Notes: a model not told the origin generated them from the letters alone. Positions 46,912 through 57,591 are shown, counted from the stretch's first letter. The stretch: 64,000 nucleotides of DNA from an uncultured bacterium (GCA_938010045.1 CALLFZ010000004.1:28107-92106), one strand, 5' to 3'. Program-made: numbers and translations.

Positions 46912-47748
46912 GGTCATAGGGACAGGTCATAGGGACAGGTCATGGGGACAGGCACCTCTCTGGGCGCCGTGGGCGCTCAACAGAAGGCGATTGCCGGGTG
47001 CCTGTCCCCATCGGGCCCCTGGAGTGGCTAGGTGCCTGGCTAGGTGCCTGTCCCCAGTCCGCTACCCCCGTCCGCGATTGGTGACAGGCACATGGGGGAA
47101 GCGACACAAGGAGCTGTTTTTCAATCTACTGTGACTTCTCGCCCTGTGCCTGTCCCCAAGGGGATCGAGCCACGTCGAGCGCCGTCGCGCCCAGGTCCGC
47201 AAGCAGCGCGACTACCATCTGGCGCGCAGGGCTAGCGTGATGGTTTCCCCGGCGCTGGAGCTCCGCCGCTCCCCCGCCGGAGCGACGCATGGAAACTGGC
47301 AGGCAAGGAACAACCTAGACGTCTCCTTGGGAACAGGCACCTGGGACCGCCGTTGGGGACAGGCACCTCACGGGCTGCCGTTGGGGACAGGCACCTCACG
47401 GGCTCTGGAAGCCCCATCGGGAGTCTGATGGGGAAAAGCCCACATACTATGGACGGTTGCCAGGCGGCTGCTAGGGTTGCTTGGTGCCTATCCCCATTTG
47501 GGGGCGGCCACCCTTCGGACTCTTCGGTGCTTGTCCGCGGGCTTCGATGGGGGATAGGCACATCCGCACTCGCACATCCGCACTGCGCGATAGCCGCCTC
47601 GCGTCAGCCGCCATGGAGCCATCAATGGGGACAGGCACCTCTCTGGGCGCCGCGGGCGCGATGCCGTCCAGGGAGGGCTGGGGGGGGCGTTGGGGGGGGG
47701 CGGTGGGGGGGACGGGCACGTACGGCGGGCTGATGGGGATCGGCACAA
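46912..47748. repeat. REP-like repeat cluster 2
   Basis: At least 14 exact or variant copies in both orientations (e.g. 46944, 46997, 47042, 47079, 47146, 47329, 47355, 47383, 47483, 47550, 47627), with internal tandem duplications. Confidence 0.9.
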
Positions 47749-47896
47749 GCACACTCAAACACTCCCATCGCCATGGGCTCGACGCTCTCCGGATCGGGTT
47801 GATCTCGTCGGGAACGACGCCCTCCTCCCCCGCGGCACGCACCCGCGAAAAGGCCGCCTTGCCAGCACGTCCGCCGACACGGACGATGATGGGCGT

Positions 47897-49336
47897 ATGC
47901 GACTGCGTTGGTTCAGCGTGACTCGTCTGACGAATCGTCTCCGCGAACCGGGCGGAATCGGCGAGGTGGCGCGGGTTGCCGCGCCTTTGGCCGTCGGCAC
48001 GCTCTCGCTCACCCTGATGCAGTTCTGCGACCGCCTGTTCCTCTCGTGGCACAGCGACGCAGCCATCCGGGCGGCACTGCCGGCGGGGATTCTCTCGTTC
48101 ACCATGATGAGCGGTTTTCTGGGGCTGGTGGCCTACGGCGGGACGTTCGTCGCTCACGCTCATGGCGCGGGTGACCGGCCGCTTTGTACACGCGCCACGA
48201 GCCACGCGGTGGTGCTCGCGGTCGCGCTCTGGCCGGTGTTGCTGATGGCCCGTTCGCTCGGTCATGCGATCCTCGCGCGCAGCGATCATGGCGCTGACGT
48301 GCTGCGGCTCGAAGTCGGTTACTTCGACATTTTGATGGCCGGCGGACTCGGCCCTCTGCTCTCGCACGCGCTGGCTGGATTCTTCAGCGGCCGGGGCGAC
48401 ACGCGCACCGTGATGTGGGCGCATGTGACGGGCAATCTACTGAACATCGCGCTCGACTGGGCGCTGATCTTCGGCCGCTTGGGCCTGCCGGCGTTGGGCA
48501 TCCGCGGCGCGGCGATCGCCACCGTGTTGTCGGGGTTCGTGCCGGCCGCGATGCTCGCCGCACGCTTCATTTCGGAGGTTCAACGCCGAGAGTTCGGCCC
48601 TCTCCACGCGTTGCGGGTTGACCCGCACCTGCTGGCGCGACTGCTCCGCTTCGGGCTGCCGGCGGGCGCGCACATGTGGCTGGATCTCACTTCGTTTACG
48701 TTCTTCGTGCTCCTCACCGGCCGGTTCGGCGCCGCGGAACATGCGGCCAGCAACATCGCGCTGGCCATCAACTCGCTCGCGTTCATGCCGACGTTGGCCG
48801 TGGGTCAGGCCGCCACGATCGTCGTCGGTCAGCACCAGGGCCGTGGCCGCCCCGATCTCGCGCGGCGCGCGGGCTGGAGCGCGCTGGTGCTCGCCGTGGT
48901 CTACATGGGCACCGTCGCGCTCACGTACGTCCTGGCGCCGGACTTCTACATAGCGCTCTTCACCGATCGCGGTCCGGGAGCGGCGCCCCACGCCGAGATC
49001 GCGCCGATCGCGCGGCGTCTGCTCGGAATGCTCGCCATTTGGAGCACGGGCGACGCGGCCGACCTCGCGATCGCGGGCGCGCTCAAGGGCGCCGGTGACA
49101 CGCGGTTTGTGATGGCATTTTCGCTGATCATGGCCTACGGTGTCTTCGTGGGCGGCCTCGTCGCCATCGTCGGATGGCTCGGCGGCGGCCTTTATGCGGT
49201 GTGGGGGTGGTGCTGCGTGTACATTCTAGCTATGGGCGCGGGCTACATCATGCGATTTGTCGGCGGCCGTTGGGCAGCAATCCGTCTGCTGCCGCCCTCC
49301 GGCGACATGCGGGCCGTCGGGCAGGCGCCTCGATGA
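47897..49336 (+). CDS. MATE family efflux transporter (alternative GTG at 47918)
   Basis: DRLFLS, GRGDTR, NIALDWALIFG, GIRGAAIAT, GALKGAGDT; about 12 TM helices. Confidence 0.92.
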   Translation: MRLRWFSVTRLTNRLREPGGIGEVARVAAPLAVGTLSLTLMQFCDRLFLSWHSDAAIRAALPAGILSFTMMSGFLGLVAYGGTFVAHAHGAGDRPLCTRATSHAVVLAVALWPVLLMARSLGHAILARSDHGADVLRLEVGYFDILMAGGLGPLLSHALAGFFSGRGDTRTVMWAHVTGNLLNIALDWALIFGRLGLPALGIRGAAIATVLSGFVPAAMLAARFISEVQRREFGPLHALRVDPHLLARLLRFGLPAGAHMWLDLTSFTFFVLLTGRFGAAEHAASNIALAINSLAFMPTLAVGQAATIVVGQHQGRGRPDLARRAGWSALVLAVVYMGTVALTYVLAPDFYIALFTDRGPGAAPHAEIAPIARRLLGMLAIWSTGDAADLAIAGALKGAGDTRFVMAFSLIMAYGVFVGGLVAIVGWLGGGLYAVWGWCCVYILAMGAGYIMRFVGGRWAAIRLLPPSGDMRAVGQAPR

Positions 49337-50262
49337 AGAGGATGCCCGCCGGCACGCAGCTGCTGCTCCTGGCGGCGGCCGTGGCGGCCGGCTGCGCTCC
49401 CCGTGCCTCGCCGCCTTCACTGGATGCGCTGCAGGGTGAGCACGCCTTCGCCGAGACCGCCGCGTTTGTCGGGCTGGGGCCGAAGGTCGCCGGCACCGAA
49501 GGCGCGGCGCGCGCGGCCGAATGGATCCGCGGCCGCCTCGAGGCGCTGGGCTGGAGTGTAGAGATCGACGAGTTCACCGAACCCGCCGCCGGCCAGCCAA
49601 CCACCTTCCGCAACGTCATCGGGCGGCGCCGCGGCGCCTCGCGCCAGATCGTGATCTTCGGCGCTCATTACGACACCAAGGACGGCATTCCGGATTTCCA
49701 GGGCGCCAACGACTCGGGCTCGGGCGTGGGCGTCGTGCTAGAGCTGGCGCGGGCCGGGGCCGGCTGGCGTTGGCCGTTCGAACCGTGGCTGGTCTTTTTT
49801 GACGGCGAGGAATGCCGCGTCACGTACGGACCGGACGACGGTCTCCACGGCAGCCGCCGGCTCGCGCGGCGGCTGGTCCGCGAAGGGCTCGACCGCCGCG
49901 TGCGGGCGGTCATCATCCTGGACATGGTCGGCGATCGCGACCTCACCTTCACGCTGCCGCGCAACAGCACGCCAGCGCTGTCGGGCGCAGTGTTGCGAGC
50001 GGCGGAACGGCTCCGGATCCGCGATCTGATCCGGCTGGCCCCCGGCGCGATCATCGACGACCACCAGCCCTTTCTCGACGCGAGCATGCCGGCGGTGGAC
50101 CTGATCGACTTTGAATACGGCTCGGCGCCAGGCCGTAACGACTACTGGCATACCCCTCAGGACACGTTGGAACGGATTTCACCGCGCAGCCTGGAGATCG
50201 CCACGCGGCTCGCGCTCGCGACCGCGCTGGAGGTCGTCTCGGCGACTCGCGAGCGCCGATGA
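49333..50262 (+). CDS. M28-family peptidase / glutaminyl cyclase-like lipoprotein
   Basis: AAGC lipobox, GAHYDTK, GANDSGSG, FDGEE, DMVG, DDHQPF, YWHT. Confidence 0.88.
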   Translation: MKRMPAGTQLLLLAAAVAAGCAPRASPPSLDALQGEHAFAETAAFVGLGPKVAGTEGAARAAEWIRGRLEALGWSVEIDEFTEPAAGQPTTFRNVIGRRRGASRQIVIFGAHYDTKDGIPDFQGANDSGSGVGVVLELARAGAGWRWPFEPWLVFFDGEECRVTYGPDDGLHGSRRLARRLVREGLDRRVRAVIILDMVGDRDLTFTLPRNSTPALSGAVLRAAERLRIRDLIRLAPGAIIDDHQPFLDASMPAVDLIDFEYGSAPGRNDYWHTPQDTLERISPRSLEIATRLALATALEVVSATRERR

Positions 50263-50338
50263 ACCGGCCGTGCGCAACAACACGGGTCGGAGGCGGCCGG
50301 CGCAACGGTGGAATCTTCGGACCACGACGCGCCCCACC

Positions 50339-51616
50339 TCAGACAATCCCCCCCAGATCCAGCAGATACATGTGCCGTCCGTCGCCGCTGTGCGCAGAGT
50401 CAATGCAGACCCACCGTCCGTCGGCGCTGCAGCGCGGATGCAGATCGCAGCGCCATTCGCGCTGGTAGGATGCGGGCGAGGGAACTCGGCCGATCACAAT
50501 CCGCCGGCCAGTGGGCGCGTGAACCACGTAGAGCGTTTGCTCGCGGCCGCGGCGCGGGTTCGGATACGTGTCACTGAGAATCCACTCGTTCCGGCGGCCG
50601 GGCACGTAGACGCAATGTCCATCCGTCCGGAGCATGCCCGGCACGCGCACCGCCTCGCGCGTGCGATCGCGGAACACCTGAAACTCCCACTCCCGCGCTT
50701 CGTCGCCCACGCCCGCGAAGGCGAGGATGTGCGCTTCGTCGCGCCAAATGAAATGCGACACCTTGCCGTTCGGAATCAGCGAATACAGGTCATGGCCCTC
50801 CGGCGAGCCGGTGACCATGCGGGTTGTCCAGGAGCGCCCCTGGGCCGGCGATCGCCACCGATGCAGGAACACAAAGCGGCGCCCGTCGGGCGAAACGAGC
50901 AGGTGGTTGGCCCAGTGTTGGGCACCGTCCGCAAAACCGTCCGCCGGCGGATCGAACCGAACAATGTCCGCGAATGAAAGAATCAGCTGCGACCGGCCGC
51001 GTTCGAGATCCACGCGCCAGATGCCTGTGTCGTCCGGCGCTGGCGACTCTGCGCGCGGATCGGGCACGCCGGCATAGCCGTAGCCAGGCCACACGTTGTT
51101 GAGCCGTCGGAACTCCGGCGCCACGGCCCAGCGACCATCGGGCACGAGGGCATAGATGGGCGCGGGAACGACCCGTTCAGCGCCGGTACGGACGTTGCGG
51201 ATGCGCGCCACGAACCGGTTGCCCTCGCGCTCGTTCCAGATCACCTCGTCGGGATGCGCGGGCCGCCATTGCAACATGCAGCCCGGCTGCCAGTTCCACG
51301 CGAGCGTCGAGCCAAGTTCGATCCAGCGGTCGGCGTCGCCGAGGTCCACCATCCCGACGGTGATGCGGTCCTCCGCCATTGGCGAGCGGTGTTCGAAGGT
51401 GACACGGTTGCCGAGGACAAATCGACCGTCCGAAGAAAACTGCTCCTTGTCGTAATACCCGAACCAGTAAAAGCCCGGCCCGCGTGGAATCGGCCGCATC
51501 GGCGCGAGCCGCTCCTCCTCGTCCGCCGCACCGCTCGCGCGCTGGCCCAACTCCGCGAACGCGATCAACCCCGCCGATCCCCGCACAAATGCCCGCCGCG
51601 TGAGACGACCGCTCAT
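50339..51616 (-). CDS. Tat-exported TolB-like beta-propeller (oligogalacturonate-lyase-like)
   Basis: TRRAFV signal; GGAGG RBS; FGYYDK, SPDGRRF, DGHC, DTYP, RCDLHPR. Confidence 0.75.
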   Translation of the reverse strand: MSGRLTRRAFVRGSAGLIAFAELGQRASGAADEEERLAPMRPIPRGPGFYWFGYYDKEQFSSDGRFVLGNRVTFEHRSPMAEDRITVGMVDLGDADRWIELGSTLAWNWQPGCMLQWRPAHPDEVIWNEREGNRFVARIRNVRTGAERVVPAPIYALVPDGRWAVAPEFRRLNNVWPGYGYAGVPDPRAESPAPDDTGIWRVDLERGRSQLILSFADIVRFDPPADGFADGAQHWANHLLVSPDGRRFVFLHRWRSPAQGRSWTTRMVTGSPEGHDLYSLIPNGKVSHFIWRDEAHILAFAGVGDEAREWEFQVFRDRTREAVRVPGMLRTDGHCVYVPGRRNEWILSDTYPNPRRGREQTLYVVHAPTGRRIVIGRVPSPASYQREWRCDLHPRCSADGRWVCIDSAHSGDGRHMYLLDLGGIV

Positions 51617-51955
51617 CGGAAACCTCCGCTCCAGGGAAATACAATGAAACACCGGAGGCAATCTGCGGAACGATCCCATGGCGCCGGCACGCCTCCGCCA
51701 TCGGTTTCGGCCAGCCGCCTTCGTCCGTTCGACCTCGTTGCCATGCGGTGCCGCGTTCCGCTGGACGTGCGACTCCTCAGGGCAGGCTCGTCGCGCCAGT
51801 CCCTATGGGTCGAAAGATACATCCGCCATCATGGGATTCCGTCGCGCGCGGCTTCGTCGGGTTGTTGGCCCAGCGGAGATCGAAGGGCACAATCTTGTTC
51901 TCGCGGGCGCACCGGCGGTTGACCGAGGTCGCCGCGCGGTGTTCGATGGGATGGG

Positions 51956-53293
51956 ATGAGCACGACGAGGGACCTCGAGCCGTTGGTGGAGAGGCCGTAC
52001 GCGCGGCGTTGGCTCGAGCGCGACCTATCGGCCCTCGTCGAGCGGGGTGTCGTGCCGGAGGAAATTGCGGCTCGAATCCGCGCCGCCTATGCGGTCGCGG
52101 GCGCCGACGGTCTACCACGGTGGGGAACCGCGGTACTGGCGGTCCTGGGTGCGGCGCTGATCGGCGGGGGCCTCATTCTGCTGCTCGCGCACAACTGGCC
52201 CGCGCTCTCGCGGGCGACGCGCGCCGCCGTCGCGGTGGGGCCGCTGCTGGTGTCCTGTGCCGTGGGCGGCTGGACACTGCGGAGCGGCCGCGGGGCCGCC
52301 TGGCGCGAAGGCATCGGCGCGTTCCAGCCGCTGACGACTCTCCTCGCGCTGGCGCTGGTCGGTCAGACCTACCACCTCGGGGGCACGTTCGACGACCTCC
52401 TGCGCACATGGACGCTGCTGACGCTGCCGCTTGTTGTTGTGCTGGACGCGATCACACCGGCGCTGATGTACCTTGCCTCGTTGCTCGCCTGGACCGGCTC
52501 GCTGCCCGGCCACAGCCACGTCCGGCTCGCCGCGATCGGCGGGGTCCTCCTGTTGCTGGTGCCCTACCTCGGGTGGCTTCGGCGGGCCGGAGGCGCGCCT
52601 GCGCGAGCGCGGCTGCTGATGTGGGCGATGGGCATCGCCCTGCCGATCGCGTACGGCTTCGCACTGACGCCCTACCACGGGGCAGTGAGCGATTGGCCGC
52701 TGTGGACCACGACGGTGTTCGTGACGATGGCCCTGGTCGGCGCACGGTGGACGCCGACGAGCCGCGGGTGGGGGGCGGCGCCCTGGCGGGTGATCGGCAT
52801 GCTCGGGACGGTCGTGGTGGCGCTCCTCGGCAGCTTCCGGGACGTGTGGACGGCGTCGGGGCATGGATGGACACGCGGAGATTGGCCCGCCGCCGTGTTG
52901 CTGGCCGCGCCGATCGGCCTGGCCACGGCACTCACGCTCGAGGCGGCGCGCCGTCGGGATTGGAGCCGCGCAACACCGGCGATCGTTCTTCTGACGGCGA
53001 TCGTGGCGCGCGCGATCAGCGGACGCCGCGACGGATGGCTTCCGGCCCTCCTGTTCACGCTGGCGCTGGCTGTAGTCGGACTCCAACGGCTCGCTCAGGG
53101 CCTGCGCGAGCGCCGGCTCGGCACCGTCAATGCCGGCATGGCCGTGCTCGCCGCAGTGATCCTTGCGCGCTTCTTCGATACAGACCTGCCGTATCTCTGG
53201 CGGGGCGTCGCGTTTCTGGCGGCCGGCGTCGCAATCCTCGCGGTGAATCGGATGTGGAGCCGGCGCGCGGTGCGACGGGAGGCGGGGCCGTGA
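51956..53293 (+). CDS. DUF2157-type membrane protein
   Basis: LGAALIGGGLILLLAHNW...LALVGQTYHL; many TM helices. Confidence 0.8.
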   Translation: MSTTRDLEPLVERPYARRWLERDLSALVERGVVPEEIAARIRAAYAVAGADGLPRWGTAVLAVLGAALIGGGLILLLAHNWPALSRATRAAVAVGPLLVSCAVGGWTLRSGRGAAWREGIGAFQPLTTLLALALVGQTYHLGGTFDDLLRTWTLLTLPLVVVLDAITPALMYLASLLAWTGSLPGHSHVRLAAIGGVLLLLVPYLGWLRRAGGAPARARLLMWAMGIALPIAYGFALTPYHGAVSDWPLWTTTVFVTMALVGARWTPTSRGWGAAPWRVIGMLGTVVVALLGSFRDVWTASGHGWTRGDWPAAVLLAAPIGLATALTLEAARRRDWSRATPAIVLLTAIVARAISGRRDGWLPALLFTLALAVVGLQRLAQGLRERRLGTVNAGMAVLAAVILARFFDTDLPYLWRGVAFLAAGVAILAVNRMWSRRAVRREAGP

Positions 53294-53862
53294 ACGCGCA
53301 GTGGCGGCTCTGGGCGTTCCTCGCGGTCGGCGCGCTCCAGATCGCGGTGCCGTTCACGCAGATCGCCCGCCACGAACGCGTGCTCCGGCACGGCCGGCCC
53401 TACCGCTTCGTCGGCGAGCCGGTCGACCCGGCCGACGCGGTCCGCGGCCGCTACGTCGCGATTCGGCTCGCGGCCGCGACCGTCACCCAAAACTTGGACC
53501 GCGCGCTCCCGTCCCGGCCGTGGTTGGCGGCCCCGATTCAGGTCGGCGCGGACGGATTTGCGTGGTTCGGACCTCTCGCCGCCGAGCCGCCGCGCACCGG
53601 CGACTGGCTGCGCGTGCGCCACCGATGGTCGGCCAAGGACCTGATGGAGGTCGAGCCGCCGTGCGATCGCTTCTACCTGCCCGAGCCGGTGGCTCCGGAG
53701 GTCGAACGCGAATACCTCCAGGGCGTGGCCCGCCGCGGGACTGGCTCCCCGCCGGTGGTTGTCGTCCGCGTGCTCGATGGCCTCGGCGTGGTCGAGGACC
53801 TCGAACTCGGCGGCGTCCCCGTGCGCGAGTGGCTGCGGCGCCGGACGGCCCGCGAACGCTGA
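53290..53862 (+). CDS. GDYXXLXY-family protein
   Basis: GTGA overlap; N-terminal TM helix; PVDPADAVRGRYVAI and DRFYLPE. Confidence 0.8.
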   Translation: MNAQWRLWAFLAVGALQIAVPFTQIARHERVLRHGRPYRFVGEPVDPADAVRGRYVAIRLAAATVTQNLDRALPSRPWLAAPIQVGADGFAWFGPLAAEPPRTGDWLRVRHRWSAKDLMEVEPPCDRFYLPEPVAPEVEREYLQGVARRGTGSPPVVVVRVLDGLGVVEDLELGGVPVREWLRRRTARER

Positions 53863-53918
53863 TTTGCCGGGGCCGCCCGCATCGCCTATGCTGAAGTTTT
53901 CGACATCGAGCATTCGCA

Positions 53919-56594
53919 ATGGACGATTTCCCGACCAAGTATGACCCGCGCCAGGTCGAACCGCGCTGGGAGGCCGAATGGTCGCGCCGCCACCTCTGGC
54001 ACGTCGAACCCGACGGCGCCCGCACGCCCTACGTGATCGTGATTCCGCCCCCGAACGTCACCGGCGTGCTGCACATGGGACATGCGCTGAACAATACGAT
54101 CCAAGACGTGCTCATCCGCTGGCAGCGCATGCGCGGCCGACTGGCGCTCTGGGTGCCCGGCACTGATCACGCCGGCATCGCAACGCAGAATGTGGTCGAA
54201 CGCGAACTGCGCCGCGAGCACAAGCGCCGCGAGGACCTCGGCCGCGAAGAATTTCTCCGGCGCGTATGGACATGGCGCGAGGAAAAGGGCGGCACGATCA
54301 TCCGCCAGCTCCACCGCCTCGGCGCCTCGTGCGACTGGGACCGCGAGCGCTTCACGATGGACGAGGGACTCAGCCGCGCGGTCGAGGAGGTTTTTATCCG
54401 GCTCTACGAGAAAGGGCTGATCTACCGCGGCGACTACATCGTCAACTGGTGCCCCCGCTGTACGACGGCGCTCTCGGATGAAGAGAGCGAGCACCGCGAG
54501 GTCCGCGGCCACCTCTACCACATCCGCTACCCACTGTCCGATGGCGGTGCGCCCGGGCACATCGTCGTCGCGACGACCCGGCCCGAGACGCTGCTCGGCG
54601 ACACGGCCGTCGCGATGCACCCTGCCGATGAACGCCACCGCGCGCTGCTCGGCCGCCGCGCCGTGCTGCCGGTCTTGGGCCGCGAGATCCCGTTCGTCGC
54701 CGACGAGGTCGTGGACCCCTCCTTCGGCACCGGTCTGGTGAAGGTCACGCCCGCACACGACCCGAACGATTTCGCGATCGCCCAACGCCATGGCCTGCCC
54801 GCCGTCAACGTGATGGACGACCACGGCGTGATGAACGAGAACGCGGGTCCCTACGCAGGGCTCGACCGGTTCGAATGCCGTCAGCGCATCCTCGCCGACC
54901 TCGAGCGCGCGGGTCGGATCGAAAAGATCGAAGACCACGTTCACGCGGTCGGCCACTGCTACCGTTGCCACACGGTTGTCGAGCCGCGACTCTCGCGCCA
55001 GTGGTTCGTGCGAATGAAGCCGCTGGCCGACCCCGCCGCCGAAGCCGTGCGCCGTGGCGAGATCCGCTTCGTGCCCGAGCGATGGACCGGCGTGTATCTG
55101 CAGTGGATGGACAACATCCGCGACTGGTGTATTTCGCGGCAGATCTGGTGGGGCCACCGCATCCCGGTGTTCACCTGCGGCCGCTGCGCCCACATGTGGG
55201 CCGCGCGCGGACGCCCCTCCACCTGCCCGGCCTGCGGCGCGGCCGATGTCACGCAAGATCCCGACGTGCTCGATACATGGTTCTCCTCGTGGCTGTGGCC
55301 CTTTAGCGTCTTCGGCTGGCCCGAGCGCACGCGCGATCTCGAGGTGTTCTATCCGACGACCACGCTCGTCACGGCTTCGGAGATCATTTTCTTCTGGGTC
55401 GCGCGGATGATCATGGCCGGCCTCGAGTTCATGGGGCGCCCGCCATTCTCGACCGTCGTGATCCACGGCACCGTCCGCGACGACATCGGCCGTAAGATGT
55501 CGAAGAGCCTCGGCAACGCGATCGATCCGCTCCAGGTAATCGAGACCACGAGCGCCGACGCGCTTCGGTCGAGCCTCATGATGCTCACCGCACTCGGGCA
55601 AGATGTGCAGATTTCCGACGCGAAGTTTGAGGTCGGCCGGAACTTCGCGACGAAGATCTGGAACGCCGCTCGGTTCGTGCACCTGCAGCGGCGCGACGCG
55701 GCGTCGCGACGGCCGCTCGCGGAGCTGGCAGGGCGGCTGGCGCCGGACGATCAGCACATCCTCGACCGCCTCGACGCCGCCCTCCGCGCCAGCGACGACG
55801 CGCTCGAGAAGTTCCGCTTCAATGACTACGCGCTGACGGCCTACGACTTCATCTGGCACGAGTACTGCGACTGGTACGTCGAATACGCGAAATTGCCGCT
55901 GCAGGGCGGCGACGCGGAGCGGCGCGCCGTAACGCTGGCCGTGTTGCACCATGTGTTGGAGACGTCGCTGCGACTGCTCCACCCCCTGATGCCGTTCCTC
56001 ACCGAGGAATTGTGGCACCGAATGGGATATGGCGGTGCGGAGGAGAGCATCGCGCACGCCCCCTGGCCGCGTCCTCTCGATGCGACGTCGCGCGCCGCGT
56101 TGCTGCCCGATCCCTCCGTGCCGGCGTACGTCGAGGACCGCCACGAGCTGATCCGCGCGGTGCGCAACCTGCGCGCAGACCTCGGGCTCACGCCCCAGGA
56201 ACCGGCCGCGCTCGTCGTGCGCCCCGCCGACGCGGCGGCCGCGGCGCGACTGACGGCGGACCGCGCTGTACTCGAGCTCTTCTGCCGGGCGCCGCAGGTG
56301 CGGGTCGAGCCGGCCTTCGTGCCGCCGCGGCCGATGCCGAGCACGGTCACGCGGCTCGGAACGGCCTTTCTCCACGTCGCGGACGTCGGCGATCTGGCCG
56401 GGCATGCCGCGAAACTGCGCGCACGGATCGCGCAGACCGAGGCCGACCTCACGCGAATCGAAGCAAAGCTCGCGAACGAGGCGTTCGTCGCGCGCGCGAA
56501 GCCCGAGGCGGTTGCACAACAACGCGCGCGCCGCGACGAGCTGCGGGCGCATCTCGAAAAACTGCGCGAGTTGGCTGCTGGGTTCGATAGTTGA
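53919..56594 (+). CDS. valS: Valine--tRNA ligase
   Basis: PPPNVTGVLHMGH, GTDHAGIATQ, DWCISRQIWWGH, DVLDTWFSS, KMSKS, C-terminal coiled coil. Confidence 0.98.
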   Translation: MDDFPTKYDPRQVEPRWEAEWSRRHLWHVEPDGARTPYVIVIPPPNVTGVLHMGHALNNTIQDVLIRWQRMRGRLALWVPGTDHAGIATQNVVERELRREHKRREDLGREEFLRRVWTWREEKGGTIIRQLHRLGASCDWDRERFTMDEGLSRAVEEVFIRLYEKGLIYRGDYIVNWCPRCTTALSDEESEHREVRGHLYHIRYPLSDGGAPGHIVVATTRPETLLGDTAVAMHPADERHRALLGRRAVLPVLGREIPFVADEVVDPSFGTGLVKVTPAHDPNDFAIAQRHGLPAVNVMDDHGVMNENAGPYAGLDRFECRQRILADLERAGRIEKIEDHVHAVGHCYRCHTVVEPRLSRQWFVRMKPLADPAAEAVRRGEIRFVPERWTGVYLQWMDNIRDWCISRQIWWGHRIPVFTCGRCAHMWAARGRPSTCPACGAADVTQDPDVLDTWFSSWLWPFSVFGWPERTRDLEVFYPTTTLVTASEIIFFWVARMIMAGLEFMGRPPFSTVVIHGTVRDDIGRKMSKSLGNAIDPLQVIETTSADALRSSLMMLTALGQDVQISDAKFEVGRNFATKIWNAARFVHLQRRDAASRRPLAELAGRLAPDDQHILDRLDAALRASDDALEKFRFNDYALTAYDFIWHEYCDWYVEYAKLPLQGGDAERRAVTLAVLHHVLETSLRLLHPLMPFLTEELWHRMGYGGAEESIAHAPWPRPLDATSRAALLPDPSVPAYVEDRHELIRAVRNLRADLGLTPQEPAALVVRPADAAAAARLTADRAVLELFCRAPQVRVEPAFVPPRPMPSTVTRLGTAFLHVADVGDLAGHAAKLRARIAQTEADLTRIEAKLANEAFVARAKPEAVAQQRARRDELRAHLEKLRELAAGFDS

Positions 56595-56617
56595 GCCGCG
56601 CGCGAAGGAGTTGGACC

Positions 56618-57151
56618 ATGAAGCCGGTCGCGGACGGCGGCAGGAACGCAAGGGTGTCCAAGGATGGAACCAACATCGGCCGCCGCCGTCCCGTCCGTGT
56701 ACCACGGCTCGAACGGGGCGCGGCGGCGCTGGCGGCAGCCGCGCTCGCATGCGGCTGCGGCGATTTGGGACGGCGGTACTGGACGCCGACGCCGGATCAA
56801 CTCGAGGCGGCCGAGCGGATCGCGAAGTTTCACGTCTTCACCAACCTCTCCGATCAGGCCGGACCGGCCGCGCTCGCCAAGGTGACGGTGGGACCCGACG
56901 GTCTGCCGCAGGAGTATCCGATTGCGTTCACGATTGGCGGGAGGCCCTACTCACGCTACCGGACTCGGTTCTGGGGCGGCATCACGAAGGGCCGGCGGCT
57001 GGTGCACGTCGAGTACTTCGATCCGACCGCGATTCCGGATTGGGAACGGCAGTCGGAACCGGCCGGTGAGTTCCCGGCGTTCTTCCGCGTCTCGGTGGAC
57101 GTCGCGGCGGGGCAGACCGTGTTGGATTCTCGTTCCGGCGGCTCGCGGTGA
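56618..57151 (+). CDS. Hypothetical protein, possible lipoprotein
   Basis: AAGGAG RBS before the ATG at 56618; hydrophobic AAALAAAALACGC segment; GTGA overlap with the cupin gene. Confidence 0.6.
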   Translation: MKPVADGGRNARVSKDGTNIGRRRPVRVPRLERGAAALAAAALACGCGDLGRRYWTPTPDQLEAAERIAKFHVFTNLSDQAGPAALAKVTVGPDGLPQEYPIAFTIGGRPYSRYRTRFWGGITKGRRLVHVEYFDPTAIPDWERQSEPAGEFPAFFRVSVDVAAGQTVLDSRSGGSR

Positions 57152-57525
57152 TCCACGTTCGGTCTGTCCGGCGGCCACTCGAACCGGTCTCCCATGATCC
57201 GGAGCTTCGCAAACGCGTGCTGGTACGCGCGGGCGAGGCGCCCGGGATGCTTCAGCTCGCGCACGTCCGATTGCCGCCCGGGTGCGGCACCTCGCCGCAC
57301 GCGCATTCGGACATGACGGAGGTCTTCATCGTCGTCGTCGGTCGCGGATCGGCGACGGTGGGACGACGGCGTGTGCGGCTGGAGCGCTTCGACTGTCTGG
57401 TGGTCGAGCCGGGCGAACGGCACCGATTGCGCGCCGCGGCCGACTCGGCGCTTGAGCTGCTGTACTTCGGCCTCCACCGCGAGATGCCCTCCAGGAGCCC
57501 CCCGCGGCAGCGCCATACGCCGTAG
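57148..57525 (+). CDS. Cupin-domain protein
   Basis: PHAHSDMTEVF...VEPGERH metal-binding cupin motifs. Confidence 0.85.
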   Translation: MIHVRSVRRPLEPVSHDPELRKRVLVRAGEAPGMLQLAHVRLPPGCGTSPHAHSDMTEVFIVVVGRGSATVGRRRVRLERFDCLVVEPGERHRLRAAADSALELLYFGLHREMPSRSPPRQRHTP

Positions 57526-57591
57526 TTCGGGCCGTCCCGGGTAGAGACGGCCTGGGCCATCTAAAAAATTTGAGTTTTCGAGTGAGAGGGG

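Noticed and set aside
51748-53289. 704-aa ORF as a single gene
   Set aside because: The 5' part is an alternate frame over the DUF2157 gene; only 53290-53862 is protein-like.
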